DNA of 64,000 bases from Deltaproteobacteria bacterium. GTDB taxonomy: Bacteria > Desulfobacterota > Desulfomonilia > UBA1062. Position 1 is the stretch's first letter; every line of letters starts with the position of its first letter. The notes under the pieces were generated by a model. That model had not been told where the DNA came from, ran no database searches, and saw only the letters and a list, made by a program, of their open reading frames with translations. The stretch is taken from positions 55,276 through 119,275 of the forward strand of contig JAGOOG010000006.1 of NCBI GenBank assembly GCA_017992605.1. Reading direction: 5' to 3'. Below, one piece after another: positions 29,198 to 40,061 of the stretch. The translations under genes and the position numbers were made by a program.

Positions 29198-30744
29198 GGC
29201 AGGCGCTCCCGTATGTTCTGCACGAGAACCATGGTTTCAGGTCCCACGATACCGTCCCGTCTCAACCCGAAGACCTCCTGGAACATCTCCACTCCCTGCG
29301 ATGTTTCGATGCCGTAAACCCCGTCGGGTTCGATAGTCAGGAGATCAAGGCGGGACAGGACATTCTGGATATCCATCACCCTGTCTCCGGTCATGTTGAG
29401 GGTGTAGACGGTCTCATGCAAGGCCTTCGCATAAGGTATCATGACGTTCCACCGGTAGAGCTCCTCGAATTCATCCAGAGGGATCTCGATGACGGCCCGG
29501 TCCCCTCCCACTACCTGGACGAATGTCGCATCAGCCTTGAGCATGACCATGTATCCGCCGTCCATGGACACGACGGCCGGCATGGGCAGGTATTTCAAAT
29601 AGGCCGGCCGGGGATGGAGATTCATGGCATCAGGCCCCGCGATACCCTCGGGCAGCCGGGCCATGATCTCCAGGGCTGTATTGTAGTCACGGATGCTCCA
29701 CCCCCTGATATCATGCCTCCGTGTCTCCTGGGCCTGCCGATCCTGGTCCGGAGTCCCCTGTGGCACGACGGCAGACTGATCGAGAGAAGCGGCCATCTGC
29801 CGGTCCCTGGCTATCCCCTTGGACCCTATCAGGTCGATGAGGTTCCCGGGCAGACCGGGCCGGATCATGAGCGCGGCCAGGACGGCAAGCACGCCCACGA
29901 CGGCCGAGACGAAGGCAGGGCTCACCCTCCTGCGCGTGTAATTGCCCTCGAGCTCACGTATGGCGCCCATCACGATGCGGGCGCCTATTCTCCTGGTCGA
30001 ACGCAGGTAGGCAATGAGCAGAGATCGCTCGGCCACGGCATTGATCCTCCTCGGTACGCCCCGGGAGTACCGGTAGACGAATCTCAGCGCCAGGGGGGAG
30101 AAGGAGATGTCACCATGGGCCCCCGATATGATAAGCCGGTGGTTGATGTAACTCTTCGTATCCCAGAGGTTCAGCGGCCAGATGTGGTACCTCAGAACGA
30201 TCCGGTCGTCGATCTGTTTCATGGCCGGCGATGAAAGAAGCTTGACCAGCTCGGGCTGGCCCACGAGCACAATCTGAAGGAGCTTTTCCTTTTCCGTTTC
30301 CAGGTTCGAAAGCATCCGGATCTGCTCCAGTACGTCCGGCGAGAGGTTCTGGCACTCGTCGATGATGAGCACGGCGTTCTCGCCGTTCACAAAGGCGCGG
30401 ATGAGAAACTCATAGAGTTCATCGAGCAGAGCCTTCTTGGATGCGGTCGACGCATTGATGCCGAAGTCCTGGTTGATGGCCTGCAGCAGCTCGATGTCGG
30501 AAAGGGCCGGATTCAGTATGAGGGCCGTTCTGACAGTCTTGGGCAGAGTTGCCAGCAAGGCCCTGCAGATGGTCGTCTTGCCCGCCCCCACCTCGCCGGT
30601 TATCATGATGAAACCCTTGCGCTGCTCGATGCCGTACCGCAGGTATGACAGGGCCTCGTCGTGGGCCTTGGAGAGGAACAGGAATTTCGGGTCGGGCGTG
30701 ACGTTGAAGGGGTTTTCTGATAGTCCGAAGAACTGCTCAAACAT
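29194..30744 (-). CDS. ExeA/GspA-family AAA+ ATPase with C-terminal peptidoglycan-binding domain
   Basis: N-terminus FGLSENPF...ITGEVGAGKTT is typical of ExeA/GspA. The C-terminal GIETSQGVEMFQEVFGLRRDGIVGPET resembles a PG_binding_1 domain. Confidence 0.85.
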   Translation of the reverse strand: MFEQFFGLSENPFNVTPDPKFLFLSKAHDEALSYLRYGIEQRKGFIMITGEVGAGKTTICRALLATLPKTVRTALILNPALSDIELLQAINQDFGINASTASKKALLDELYEFLIRAFVNGENAVLIIDECQNLSPDVLEQIRMLSNLETEKEKLLQIVLVGQPELVKLLSSPAMKQIDDRIVLRYHIWPLNLWDTKSYINHRLIISGAHGDISFSPLALRFVYRYSRGVPRRINAVAERSLLIAYLRSTRRIGARIVMGAIRELEGNYTRRRVSPAFVSAVVGVLAVLAALMIRPGLPGNLIDLIGSKGIARDRQMAASLDQSAVVPQGTPDQDRQAQETRRHDIRGWSIRDYNTALEIMARLPEGIAGPDAMNLHPRPAYLKYLPMPAVVSMDGGYMVMLKADATFVQVVGGDRAVIEIPLDEFEELYRWNVMIPYAKALHETVYTLNMTGDRVMDIQNVLSRLDLLTIEPDGVYGIETSQGVEMFQEVFGLRRDGIVGPETMVLVQNIRERLP

Positions 30745-30767
30745 GCTCGGTCGCCCCCGGTTCCTGC

Positions 30768-31604
30768 CTACCTGAGTGGTACGCTGATCGAAGTCGTCGT
30801 GCCCTGACGCTCGACCTCGAGCTGCACGGTGGAGCTGCTCTGCAGCTCCTGATACGCGCTCAGGGCATCCTGCGGTGTCCGGATGGGTACGCCATTGACT
30901 GATCTGATGATGTCTCCGGTGCGCATGCCGTACTCATGGATCTGAGATCCTTCGACGACGTCACTCACCCGGAAGCCGTAGGGTTGCCCCCCGCGATAGT
31001 AGGGTACCACCCGTGCATTCCCGATGAGCTGGTCCATGTTCCTCATGGCCGCCGGAACGCCCCCTGCCGCCGCAGTCCGGGGACGCCTGGGTTCCCTGAC
31101 ACCGGAAGTCCGGGACGCAACCGTCGTTGTCGAGGGAGTCTCCTCCACCACGAGCATCTGCTGCTGGCCGTTCACTTCCATGATCACCTTGTTCCTGAAT
31201 ATGGCGATGAGGGTGGCTTCCTTGACGTTCTCTCCGATGCGGAAAAGCTTCTGCTCACCCGCCTCTTCGATGATCGCACGTGCGATCTCGCTGGGACCCG
31301 TGATGGTTCCCCGGAGCGTGATTCCCATCTGGGCCAGAGGTCTTTCCACGTCACCCGAGAGGCGCTGATCACCGGCCGGCCGGGCCTTGTTCACCTTGAG
31401 AAGGTCACGGCTCGCGATGACAGCGTACTCGCTCTTGCTCCTGGGCTGCCTGTCCTTGTTGATCGCGGTAATCTCGACCGTTCTCACCGGTCCTGGCGGC
31501 TCGTAGAGTATGTGACCGATGACCCCGGTGACGATCCCGGCAATCACCCAGATGAACAGGGTTATCATCGCGATGACCGCGATCAGTTTATAGCGTCTGT
31601 CCAT
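30768..31604 (-). CDS. gspC: GspC-like type II secretion protein (TM + PDZ domain)
   Basis: N-terminal TM helix, central region, C-terminal PDZ-like domain (YGFRVSDVVEGSQIHEYGMRTGDIIRSVNGVPI). Confidence 0.7.
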   Translation of the reverse strand: MDRRYKLIAVIAMITLFIWVIAGIVTGVIGHILYEPPGPVRTVEITAINKDRQPRSKSEYAVIASRDLLKVNKARPAGDQRLSGDVERPLAQMGITLRGTITGPSEIARAIIEEAGEQKLFRIGENVKEATLIAIFRNKVIMEVNGQQQMLVVEETPSTTTVASRTSGVREPRRPRTAAAGGVPAAMRNMDQLIGNARVVPYYRGGQPYGFRVSDVVEGSQIHEYGMRTGDIIRSVNGVPIRTPQDALSAYQELQSSSTVQLEVERQGTTTSISVPLR

Positions 31605-31611
31605 CTCCCCC

Positions 31612-33627
31612 CTAGACCCTGTCGAATCCGGAGAACCTCATGCTGAAGCTCCCTCTACCCCGGGTCAGGGACCTCAGGGCAGTTGAATAGCCGAAGGTGT
31701 TCGAGAGCGGAACATATGCCTTGACCAGGTGCTGCTTCCCCTTCGTCACGACGCCCTCGATACTCGCCTTCCTGGCGGAAAGGTCCCCCACCACGTCTCC
31801 CACATAGTCTTCCGGGGACAATGCGTCAAGTTCCATGATGGGCTCAAGCTGGACCACGCCTGCCTTCTTCATGGCATCCTGAAGGGCCATCTGGGAAGCT
31901 ATCTTGAGTCCCTGCCCTGTTGTCTTGTCCGTCATGACTACCCTGTTCACCAGCACATCGATATCAACAACCTCGTAGCCGAATTCGGGATCGGCCAGGC
32001 AGGCCTCCTCGAGGCCGTTCATGATGTGTCCCTTGAGGCCGTCTTCAAGGGCCTGATCGATGTGGAACGCGTTCCCGCTTCCTCGCCTGGAGGGTTTCAC
32101 GGTAAGCTCCACATGGCCGTGATGCAGCGTCTCTCCGATGAGCTTGTCGAAGACCTTCTCGGCCTGGGTGGTTCTTTCCACGGTGGCACAGTAGAGGACC
32201 TGGGGCTTGCCCACGTTGATCTCCACCCCGAAGGCCGTTCGGAAGCGATCGAGCGCGATCTCGAGGTGGAGTTCCCCCATGCCCGCGAGGATGACCTGGC
32301 CGGTGTCCGGATCTTCGTGGACCTTGATGGTAGGGTCCTCCTCCATGATCTTTCGCATGGCCTCCTGGAGCCTCTCGGTGTATTCCGTGCTCTTGGGCTC
32401 GATGGCCATGGATATGACCGGTTTCTGTATGTCGATGGCCTCAAGGACGATGGACTCGCCAGCCATTGCCAGTGTGTCCCCGGTTACCGAGTCCTTCAGG
32501 CCCACCGCGGCCACGATATCTCCCGCCGATGCCTGCTCGATGCGCTGCTTCACGTGGGCATGCATGGCGAAGAGACGGGCTACCTTTTCCGACACGCCCC
32601 TGGTGGTGTTGTACACCTCACCGCCCACCTGGAGAACACCCGAGTAGATCCTCAGGTACACCATCCTCCTGCCCTCATCCATGTAGACCTTGAAGACGTA
32701 GGCGACAAGAGGCCCCTTGGAATCAGGACTGACGGGTATCGTCTCCATGGTGGTCTTGTCGTGTGCGAGTACGGGTTTCACCTCGAGCGGCGAGGGAAGA
32801 TAGTCGATGATGCCGTCTATGAGAAGCTGGATCCCCTTGTTTCTCAGGGCCGATCCGCAGAGAACCGGGATGAGGCGCTCTTCCACCGTGACCTTGCGAA
32901 CAGCCTGCCTGATCTTCTTCTCGTCGATCCGCTCTCCTGCAAGGAACAGCTCCATGATCTCGTCGTCGAAGTCCGCGAGATGCTCGACCATCCGCTCGCG
33001 CTCCTTCATGGCTTCCTCGAGCCGGTCGGCGGGTATGGAGACGACGTCATAACTGGACCCCATGGTCTCGTCCCAGAGCATGAGCTTCATGGAGATGAGA
33101 TCGATCACGCCCCGGAAGACGTCGCCTTCATAGAATGGGACCTGCAGAGGGAGCGGTGTCACCTCCAGGCGCGTCTTGATCTGGCCGAGCACTGATTCGA
33201 AGTCGGCACCGACCCTGTCGAGCTTGTTGACGAATGCCATGGCCGGGACATGGTATTTTCTGCACTGCTGCCAGACCGTTTCGGTCTGGGCCTGGACCCC
33301 TCCCACGGCGCACAGGATCACCACCGCCCCATCGAGTACGCGGAGGCTGCGCTCGACCTCGATGGTGAAATCAACGTGCCCGGGCGTATCGATGATGTGT
33401 ATCTCGTGGTTGTTCCACTCGCAGGTGGTGACCGCCGACGTGATGGTGATGCCGCGCTCCTGCTCCTGCGGCATCCAGTCCATGGTGGCCTGGCCGTCGT
33501 GGACCTCACCCATGCGGTGGATCTTGCCGGTGTAGAAGAGCACCCGCTCCGTCACCGTGGTCTTGCCGGCGTCGATGTGGGCGACAAAGCCCATGTTTCG
33601 AACCCTGGAGAGGTTCTTCGTCTTCAT
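31612..33627 (-). CDS. fusA: translation elongation factor G (second EF-G paralog)
   Basis: G-domain motifs [21 protein letters not shown] plus EF-G domains II-V, about 672 aa. The start is ambiguous (33627 or 33657). Confidence 0.9.
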   Translation of the reverse strand: MKTKNLSRVRNMGFVAHIDAGKTTVTERVLFYTGKIHRMGEVHDGQATMDWMPQEQERGITITSAVTTCEWNNHEIHIIDTPGHVDFTIEVERSLRVLDGAVVILCAVGGVQAQTETVWQQCRKYHVPAMAFVNKLDRVGADFESVLGQIKTRLEVTPLPLQVPFYEGDVFRGVIDLISMKLMLWDETMGSSYDVVSIPADRLEEAMKERERMVEHLADFDDEIMELFLAGERIDEKKIRQAVRKVTVEERLIPVLCGSALRNKGIQLLIDGIIDYLPSPLEVKPVLAHDKTTMETIPVSPDSKGPLVAYVFKVYMDEGRRMVYLRIYSGVLQVGGEVYNTTRGVSEKVARLFAMHAHVKQRIEQASAGDIVAAVGLKDSVTGDTLAMAGESIVLEAIDIQKPVISMAIEPKSTEYTERLQEAMRKIMEEDPTIKVHEDPDTGQVILAGMGELHLEIALDRFRTAFGVEINVGKPQVLYCATVERTTQAEKVFDKLIGETLHHGHVELTVKPSRRGSGNAFHIDQALEDGLKGHIMNGLEEACLADPEFGYEVVDIDVLVNRVVMTDKTTGQGLKIASQMALQDAMKKAGVVQLEPIMELDALSPEDYVGDVVGDLSARKASIEGVVTKGKQHLVKAYVPLSNTFGYSTALRSLTRGRGSFSMRFSGFDRV

Positions 33628-33647
33628 CGGACCCTTCACACTCCCTA

Positions 33648-34445
33648 TTATACACAAAGATCTATATCATATACATATTTCATTTCACGGCCGAGGAAGT
33701 GTTCACCGAGTTCTACGAACCTCGGCGATGAATCCGAAAGGTAGAATGACACTCTTCGATCTTCATCACGGCCTTGTCCTGGACCAGCAAGACTCTTCAC
33801 CACGCGTGCCGTGGACATCGCCGAGTCGACGATGGTAACCCCCTCTCCCATGATCCGTGCGAGAATCGCCTCGATCAGAGGGTAGTGCGTACATCCCAGC
33901 AGCAGTGTGTCGACGTCTTTGTCTACGAGCCCCTGCAGATAGCGTCGAGCGACCAGGGCGGTGATCTCATCGTCGTACCACCCCTCCTCCACCAGCGGCA
34001 CGAAGAGCGGACATGCCTGGGTGAAGATGGCTGCATCGGGTTTCAGTGCCCGGATGGTCTCCTCGTAGGCCCGGCTCTTGATGGTGGAGGGGGTTCCTAT
34101 CACCCCTATCCTGGAGCCGCCCGCCTCGACGGCCGCACTGGCGCCGGCTTCCACCACGCCTATGACCGGGATACGGAACTCGTCTCTCAGCTCCGGGATT
34201 GCGTGTGCGCTGGCCGTATTACAGGCCACGACGAGGAGGTCGATATCCTTCGACGTCAGGAAACGTGCGCACTGGATGCTATACCGGATAATGGTGCGTG
34301 GAGACTTGGTCCCGTAGGGAAGCCGTGCCGTGTCCCCCAGATAGACCACATCCACCCCGGGTACCATTTCCAGGAGGCTCTTCAGGACGGTGAGTCCACC
34401 GATGCCGGAGTCGAAAACCCCTATGCGTGAGATCTCTGCCTGCAT
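33648..34445 (-). CDS. murI: glutamate racemase
   Basis: [14 protein letters not shown] and the two catalytic Cys regions (VACNTAS, LGCTHYP), 265 aa. Confidence 0.95.
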   Translation of the reverse strand: MQAEISRIGVFDSGIGGLTVLKSLLEMVPGVDVVYLGDTARLPYGTKSPRTIIRYSIQCARFLTSKDIDLLVVACNTASAHAIPELRDEFRIPVIGVVEAGASAAVEAGGSRIGVIGTPSTIKSRAYEETIRALKPDAAIFTQACPLFVPLVEEGWYDDEITALVARRYLQGLVDKDVDTLLLGCTHYPLIEAILARIMGEGVTIVDSAMSTARVVKSLAGPGQGRDEDRRVSFYLSDSSPRFVELGEHFLGREMKYVYDIDLCV

Positions 34446-34478
34446 GAAAATCCAGCTTTCGTGGTGTTCTTTTGTTCG

Positions 34479-35066
34479 TCAGAAACCGGTATCCTGTCTA
34501 GTGCTTTTGCCTGGAGCTGTCAAGCCGAGCCGCAGGTTGATGCCGGCAGTGTAGAGGAAGTTGTGCGTCATGTCGCCTCCAGGGAAATCCAGGACGTACC
34601 GCACATCGGTCCTGATCGCAATGTTGCTGGTGAGAAAGTATTTCAGCCCGAGGGCTGCATTGAGCAGCAGATCGGAGTCCTTCTTGAACTCCGGCTGATC
34701 GTTGTTGAAGGTGGCCATGCCGATACCTGCCGCCACATAGGGGACGATGCTCTCGGGAAGACGGCCTGTCAGGTGATACACCAGATCCAGCTTGTAGAGC
34801 AGTATCTGTGCATCGTAGCCCTTATATTCGGAGTCCACGGCATGGAAGGAGAATTCGGTACCGATCTTCTCGCTGAGATTCAATCCTATGCCGAGACCCC
34901 AGGCGAGGCCATTGTCATACCCTTCCTTGTCCAGGGCATACAAACCCATCGAGGAGGACAGGTCAATGGATTGATCAGGATGTTCTGCCAGGGCCCCCGT
35001 CGGAACGCAGACGACCAGAAGGTACGTCATGACGATCATGACCCGAAGGGTAAAAAGGTGCTTCAT
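34479..35066 (-). CDS. outer-membrane beta-barrel protein (OmpW/OmpA-like porin family)
   Basis: Signal peptide, alternating amphipathic beta strands, C-terminal aromatic residue (…DTGF). Confidence 0.6.
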   Translation of the reverse strand: MKHLFTLRVMIVMTYLLVVCVPTGALAEHPDQSIDLSSSMGLYALDKEGYDNGLAWGLGIGLNLSEKIGTEFSFHAVDSEYKGYDAQILLYKLDLVYHLTGRLPESIVPYVAAGIGMATFNNDQPEFKKDSDLLLNAALGLKYFLTSNIAIRTDVRYVLDFPGGDMTHNFLYTAGINLRLGLTAPGKSTRQDTGF

Positions 35067-35243
35067 GGCTCATGCCCTCCCCTGCTCATATCATATGCAC
35101 TCCATCCACGGTCTTGTATAGCATATTATCCGTTCGATATCACTTCCTTTTCTCCGCTGAAGACTGCTTCTACTTTCTGGTGGCACGCACCTGTCGCAAT
35201 GAGCTATAGGAGGCGGTAACCATCTCGTTCTGGCGGAGGAAGA

Positions 35244-36500
35244 ATGGATCACCGTATAGCAGTCATCGGGCTTGGGTATGTCGGGCTCCCGCTGGCCGTG
35301 GAGTTCGGCAAGAAATACCATACCGTGGGTTTCGACATCAACGAAAAGAGAATAGCCGAGTTGAAGTCCTTCACCGACAGGACCCTCGAGGTAAGCGGCG
35401 AGGAGCTCCGGGCAGCCGCCCTGCTGAAGTGCTCCACCAGCATCGAGGACCTGCGGACGTGCACCATCTATATCGTGACCGTGCCCACCCCCATCGATGG
35501 GTACAACAGGCCGGACCTCCGCCTGCTCCTGGCGGCCAGCGAGACCGTGGGAAAGGTCATCGGGATCGGAGCCATCGTGATCTTCGAGTCCACGGTCTAT
35601 CCGGGCTGCACCGAGGAGGACTGCGTACCGGTCATCGAACGGGTGTCGGGCCTGAAATACAACACGGACTTTTTCTGCGGCTACAGCCCGGAGCGCATCA
35701 ACCCGGGAGACAAGGCGCACCGGGTGACCAGCATCAGGAAGGTCACCTCGGGATCCACCCCGCAGACGGCACGGACCGTCGACGAACTCTACCGCTCCAT
35801 CATCACCGCCGGCACCCACCTGGCGCCGTCCATCAGGGTGGCCGAGGCGGCCAAGGTCATCGAGAACGCCCAGCGGGACATCAACATCGCCTTCGTGAAT
35901 GAACTCGCCCTGATCTTCGCCCGCATGGACATCAGGACCTCGGACGTCCTGGCCGCAGCCGGGACCAAGTGGAACTTTCTCCCCTTCTCGCCGGGCCTGG
36001 TTGGAGGGCACTGTATCGGGGTCGACCCGTACTACCTGACCCACAAGGCCGAGAGCCTCGGCTACATCCCCCAGGTCATCCTCTCGGGCCGCCGGATCAA
36101 CGACGGCATGGGCAGGTACGTGGCCACCCAGCTCATCAAGATGATGGTCAAGAAAAGCCACCGCATCACGGACACAAAGATCCTGGTGCTGGGCATCACC
36201 TTCAAGGAGAACTGCCCGGACATCAGAAACTCGAAGGTCATCGACATCATCCACCAGCTCGGGGACTTCGACTGCACGGTGGAGGTCTTTGACCCCGTGG
36301 CAGACCCCGAGGAGGTCAGGCACGAGTACGGTATCGACATCATGACGAGTCCTGATCAGCTCACGTCGACCTACGAGGGGATCATGGTGGCGGTGGCCCA
36401 CGATGCCTTCAGGTCCCTCGACCTCAACAGACTCAAGGGGAGGAACTGTCTGGTATACGACGCGAAGAATCTCTACCCCGATGCGGATGCCTATCTCTGA
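35244..36500 (+). CDS. nucleotide-sugar dehydrogenase (UDP-N-acetyl-hexosamine dehydrogenase, TviB/WbpO/Cap5O-like)
   Basis: N-terminal Rossmann motif [14 protein letters not shown] and catalytic Cys in [11 protein letters not shown], 418 aa. Confidence 0.85.
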   Translation: MDHRIAVIGLGYVGLPLAVEFGKKYHTVGFDINEKRIAELKSFTDRTLEVSGEELRAAALLKCSTSIEDLRTCTIYIVTVPTPIDGYNRPDLRLLLAASETVGKVIGIGAIVIFESTVYPGCTEEDCVPVIERVSGLKYNTDFFCGYSPERINPGDKAHRVTSIRKVTSGSTPQTARTVDELYRSIITAGTHLAPSIRVAEAAKVIENAQRDINIAFVNELALIFARMDIRTSDVLAAAGTKWNFLPFSPGLVGGHCIGVDPYYLTHKAESLGYIPQVILSGRRINDGMGRYVATQLIKMMVKKSHRITDTKILVLGITFKENCPDIRNSKVIDIIHQLGDFDCTVEVFDPVADPEEVRHEYGIDIMTSPDQLTSTYEGIMVAVAHDAFRSLDLNRLKGRNCLVYDAKNLYPDADAYL

Positions 36501-36518
36501 AGGGAGCCGGAAAGGGCC

Positions 36519-37007
36519 ATGAAACGGATCGGCGTGATTTCCGACACGCATCTTCACGGACCGGATCCCGGTCTCGGGGAACTCGCGGCCCAGCACTTTT
36601 CCGATGTGGATCTCATCATCCATGCCGGAGACATGGTGCATCTCTCCGTGCTCGATGTGTTCGCCGGACTCGACAGGGAGGTTCTCGCCGTGTGCGGCAA
36701 CATGGACGGACCGGATGTGCAGTCCTCATACCCTGCACAACACACCATCCAGGTCGAGGGGCTCAAGATAGGTGTCATGCATGGCTGGGGCTCACCCCAC
36801 GGCATAAGACAGCGGATACTCAATACCTTCGAGCGTGTCGACGCCATCGTCTACGGTCACACGCACGAGGCGTTCTCGGGGAACGAATCCGGCATCTTCT
36901 TCTTCAATCCGGGATCGCCTACGGACTCTCGATTTACAAGATCGAGGTCAATGGGTATAATCACTGTCCGTGGAAACTCCATCGAGGGAGAGATCTTGAC
37001 CCTATGA
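36519..37007 (+). CDS. YfcE/MJ0936-family metallophosphoesterase
   Basis: Motifs ISDTHLHG, AGDMV, GNMD, GHTH. Confidence 0.8.
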   Translation: MKRIGVISDTHLHGPDPGLGELAAQHFSDVDLIIHAGDMVHLSVLDVFAGLDREVLAVCGNMDGPDVQSSYPAQHTIQVEGLKIGVMHGWGSPHGIRQRILNTFERVDAIVYGHTHEAFSGNESGIFFFNPGSPTDSRFTRSRSMGIITVRGNSIEGEILTL

Positions 37008-37471
37008 AAACCATATGGGCTCCGTGGAGGATTGATTATATCCTTTCCGAAAAGGGCGGTTCGTGCGTCTTCTGCACTTCGCCGGGCGAGGATGACGGAC
37101 TGATAATCACCAGGGGCGACCTGTGCTTCGCCATCATGAACCGCTTCCCCTACACGACCGGCCACTGCATGGTTGCCCCGTACCGGCACGTCGGCGCTCT
37201 CGACGATCTTTCCGGCGAGGAACTCTCCGAGATGATGGCCATGGTGCAGCGCGTCGTTTCGGCATGCCGGGCTGCCATGCATCCCGAGGGTTTCAACATC
37301 GGGTGCAACATGGGCGCCGTGGCAGGCGCAGGGATTGCAGATCACCTGCACATGCACGTTGTGCCCCGGTGGAAGGGTGATACCAACTTCATGCCCGTGA
37401 TCGGGGACGTGCATGTCATTTCCGAGCACATCGCCAAGACGCTCGAAAGGATCAAGGTGAAGCTGGCTTGA
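37004..37471 (+). CDS. HIT-family (histidine triad) nucleotide hydrolase/transferase
   Basis: HLHMHVVPR histidine-triad motif. Start ATG at 37004 overlaps the upstream stop (ATGA). Confidence 0.8.
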   Translation: MKTIWAPWRIDYILSEKGGSCVFCTSPGEDDGLIITRGDLCFAIMNRFPYTTGHCMVAPYRHVGALDDLSGEELSEMMAMVQRVVSACRAAMHPEGFNIGCNMGAVAGAGIADHLHMHVVPRWKGDTNFMPVIGDVHVISEHIAKTLERIKVKLA

Positions 37472-37788
37472 GATATGCGAAGGCTTTGCTCTTCATCGCC
37501 CTGGCCGTGGCCGGCATCCTGTTCGGCGTGTCCAACCAGGGAACCGCCACTGTTCACTTCTACTGGTTCTTCTCGAAGTCCTACCCCCTCTACATCGTCC
37601 TGTTCGCCTGTTTTATCGCAGGGACCATGACCGCCATCCTGTTCAGCTTCATATACGGCGGCCATCATGGCGATGAAGAACGTCGCCTGACCAAACGCCG
37701 GGACGATCTGGAGGAAAGGTTCAGGAAGGCCCAGCCTTCGCTCGATCATCAAGGAAAAGCAGATGGGGCATCCGGTCGGGCCCGCTGA
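37468..37788 (+). CDS. LapA-like (DUF1049) small inner-membrane protein
   Basis: Two TM helices followed by a charged C-terminal tail. 4-nt overlap with the upstream gene. Confidence 0.55.
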   Translation: MRYAKALLFIALAVAGILFGVSNQGTATVHFYWFFSKSYPLYIVLFACFIAGTMTAILFSFIYGGHHGDEERRLTKRRDDLEERFRKAQPSLDHQGKADGASGRAR

Positions 37789-38704
37789 GCACAGCGCACG
37801 GCTGCCCGAATGGCTCAGGAAGACCAGGGATCTCAAATCCCTGCACGTCCTGAAGAAGCGGCTCCGATGCGCGGGACTCTCCACTGTCTGCGAGGAGGCC
37901 AGGTGCCCCAACATCTCGGAATGCTTCGGCGCCCCGACGGCAACCTTTCTCATCCTCGGCGACAGGTGCACCAGGGACTGCATGTTCTGTTCGGTGGCCA
38001 ACGGTACCCCATCACCGCCTGATCCTGATGAACCTGCCAGAATCGCGTCGGCGGTCTCGGAATTAGGCCTGACCCATGCCGTCGTCACCTCGGTGACCAG
38101 GGATGATCTGCCCGACCATGGCGCCGGAGTTTTTGCTGCAACCATCAGGGCCATCAGGGATGCGGTGCCGGGGTGCACCGTGGAAGTTCTCACCCCGGAC
38201 TTCTGCGGGAAGCAAGACCCCCTTGAGACCGTTCTTGCCGAGAAACCGGACGTGTTCGGCCACAACGTGGAGACGGTACGGAGGCTCCAGGGGACCCTTC
38301 GGCCCAGGGCTGACATGACCAGGAGCCTGGCCCTTCTCAAGACCGCAAAGGGCGTGGCGCAGGATATCGTAGTCAAGTCGGGGTTCATGGTCGGCCTTGG
38401 CGAGAGTGAAGAGGAGATCAAGGAACTGCTGCTTTCCCTTGTGGATGCCCAGTGCGATGTCGTGACCATTGGCCAGTATCTCAGGCCCACGAGACACCAG
38501 GTCCCGGTACGGAAGTACTGGGAGCCCGGGGCCTATGAGAGATGGTCCAATCTTGCGAGATCACTCGGCATAGTATATTGTGTGGCAGGTCCTTTCGTGA
38601 GAAGTTCGTACCGTGCGGGAGAGGTCCTGGACGCGATGCGGTCCGTCCGAAGGGAACAGGCATGCTTACTGAACAAGGAGATCCCATGGACAAGATTCAG
38701 ATAG
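37763..38704 (+). CDS. lipA: lipoyl synthase
   Basis: Auxiliary cluster CEEARCPNISEC and radical-SAM CTRDCMFC motifs. Confidence 0.95.
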   Translation: MGHPVGPAEHSARLPEWLRKTRDLKSLHVLKKRLRCAGLSTVCEEARCPNISECFGAPTATFLILGDRCTRDCMFCSVANGTPSPPDPDEPARIASAVSELGLTHAVVTSVTRDDLPDHGAGVFAATIRAIRDAVPGCTVEVLTPDFCGKQDPLETVLAEKPDVFGHNVETVRRLQGTLRPRADMTRSLALLKTAKGVAQDIVVKSGFMVGLGESEEEIKELLLSLVDAQCDVVTIGQYLRPTRHQVPVRKYWEPGAYERWSNLARSLGIVYCVAGPFVRSSYRAGEVLDAMRSVRREQACLLNKEIPWTRFR

Positions 38705-40011
38705 GCCTCATTGGATTGGGCACCATCGGCACCGGGGTTGCCAAGACCCTGCTCGAAAACGGCGCCCTGCTCGAAGACAGGCTCGGGTTTGCACTGAACC
38801 TCAAGGGCATCGCCGACATCGATATCACGAAGGATCACGGGGTGAAGATCCCCAAGGGCATGCTCACCACAGATGCCGGTGCCCTGATCAATGACAGGGA
38901 GATCGACATCATCATCGAGCTCATAGGTGGTACCGAGCCGGCGAAGACGTTCATCCTGGACGCACTCAAGAAGGGCAAGCATGTCGTCACCGCCAACAAG
39001 GCCCTTCTGGCCTCCCATGGGAAACAGCTCTTCGACGCGGCCCAGACCTACGGCAAGGATCTCTACTACGAGGCTGCGGTGGGGGGCGGCATACCTATCA
39101 TCAAGACGCTCCGCGAGGCACTGGTCGCCAACAACTACACCTTCATCTACGGCATCCTCAACGGCACCTGCAATTACATCCTCACGGAGATGGGAGAGAA
39201 AGGGTCGAGCTTCAGCGAGGCGCTTTCCCAGGCTAAGGACCTCGGATACGCCGAGGCCGACCCCACCCTGGACATCGAGGGTATCGACGCGGCTCATAAG
39301 CTGGCGCTGGTGACCAGCCTGGCATACGGTGTGCCGCCTGATTTGAAGAGTGTCTATGTGGAGGGCATCACCAACCTCGACCAACTGGATGTGACCTTTG
39401 CCAGGGAGCTTGGGTACAAGGTGAAGCTCCTGGGACTCACCATAGACCGGGGAGACAGGGTCGAATCGCGGGTCCATCCGACACTCATCCCCTTCAACTA
39501 CCTGCTCTCCAAGGTGGACGGTGTCTTCAACGCCTTTTACGTGCGCGGTGACATCGTCGACTCGACCCTCTTCTATGGCAGGGGCGCGGGCATGATGCCC
39601 ACCGCCTCCGCAGTGGTGAGCGACCTTGCAGACATAGGGAGAAACATCCTGGCCGGCATCGCGGGCCGCATCCCCCATCTGGGCTACCGAAAGGGCAGTT
39701 CGGTCCCGAAGAAGTACCTGTCGATAGACGACGTCGTGACCAACTACTACATAAGGATCAACGCGCTGGACAAACCGGGCGTCCTCGCAAAGGTCGCAGG
39801 GATTCTCGGAGAAAAGGAGATCTCCATCGTGTCGGTAATTCAGAAGGCACCTGAGAACGGCGCGTTCGTGCCCGTGGTGATGCTCACCCACGAGGCCAGG
39901 GAGTCGAATGTGAGGAACGCGGTACAGGCCATAGCCAAGCTCACCGACGTGAGCGGAACGCCCGTGGTCATCCGCGTGGAGGACAAGAACCTCAAGAATG
40001 CCCCTTCCTGA
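38686..40011 (+). CDS. hom: homoserine dehydrogenase
   Basis: AAGGAG RBS before MDKIQIGLIGLGTIGTGV (NAD-binding), central catalytic domain, C-terminal ACT domain. Confidence 0.9.
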   Translation: MDKIQIGLIGLGTIGTGVAKTLLENGALLEDRLGFALNLKGIADIDITKDHGVKIPKGMLTTDAGALINDREIDIIIELIGGTEPAKTFILDALKKGKHVVTANKALLASHGKQLFDAAQTYGKDLYYEAAVGGGIPIIKTLREALVANNYTFIYGILNGTCNYILTEMGEKGSSFSEALSQAKDLGYAEADPTLDIEGIDAAHKLALVTSLAYGVPPDLKSVYVEGITNLDQLDVTFARELGYKVKLLGLTIDRGDRVESRVHPTLIPFNYLLSKVDGVFNAFYVRGDIVDSTLFYGRGAGMMPTASAVVSDLADIGRNILAGIAGRIPHLGYRKGSSVPKKYLSIDDVVTNYYIRINALDKPGVLAKVAGILGEKEISIVSVIQKAPENGAFVPVVMLTHEARESNVRNAVQAIAKLTDVSGTPVVIRVEDKNLKNAPS

Positions 40012-40061
40012 GAACTGCTCCCTGTGTGGGTACCCACACCGCTGACTCGGAGGACATACAC

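Noticed and set aside
35190-35207. TGGCACGCACCTGTCGCA resembling a sigma-54 (-24/-12) promoter upstream of the nucleotide-sugar dehydrogenase
   Set aside because: GG and the candidate GC are not separated by the required 10 nt. The -12 element reads TGTCGC rather than TTGC(A/T). It is not a convincing RpoN site.
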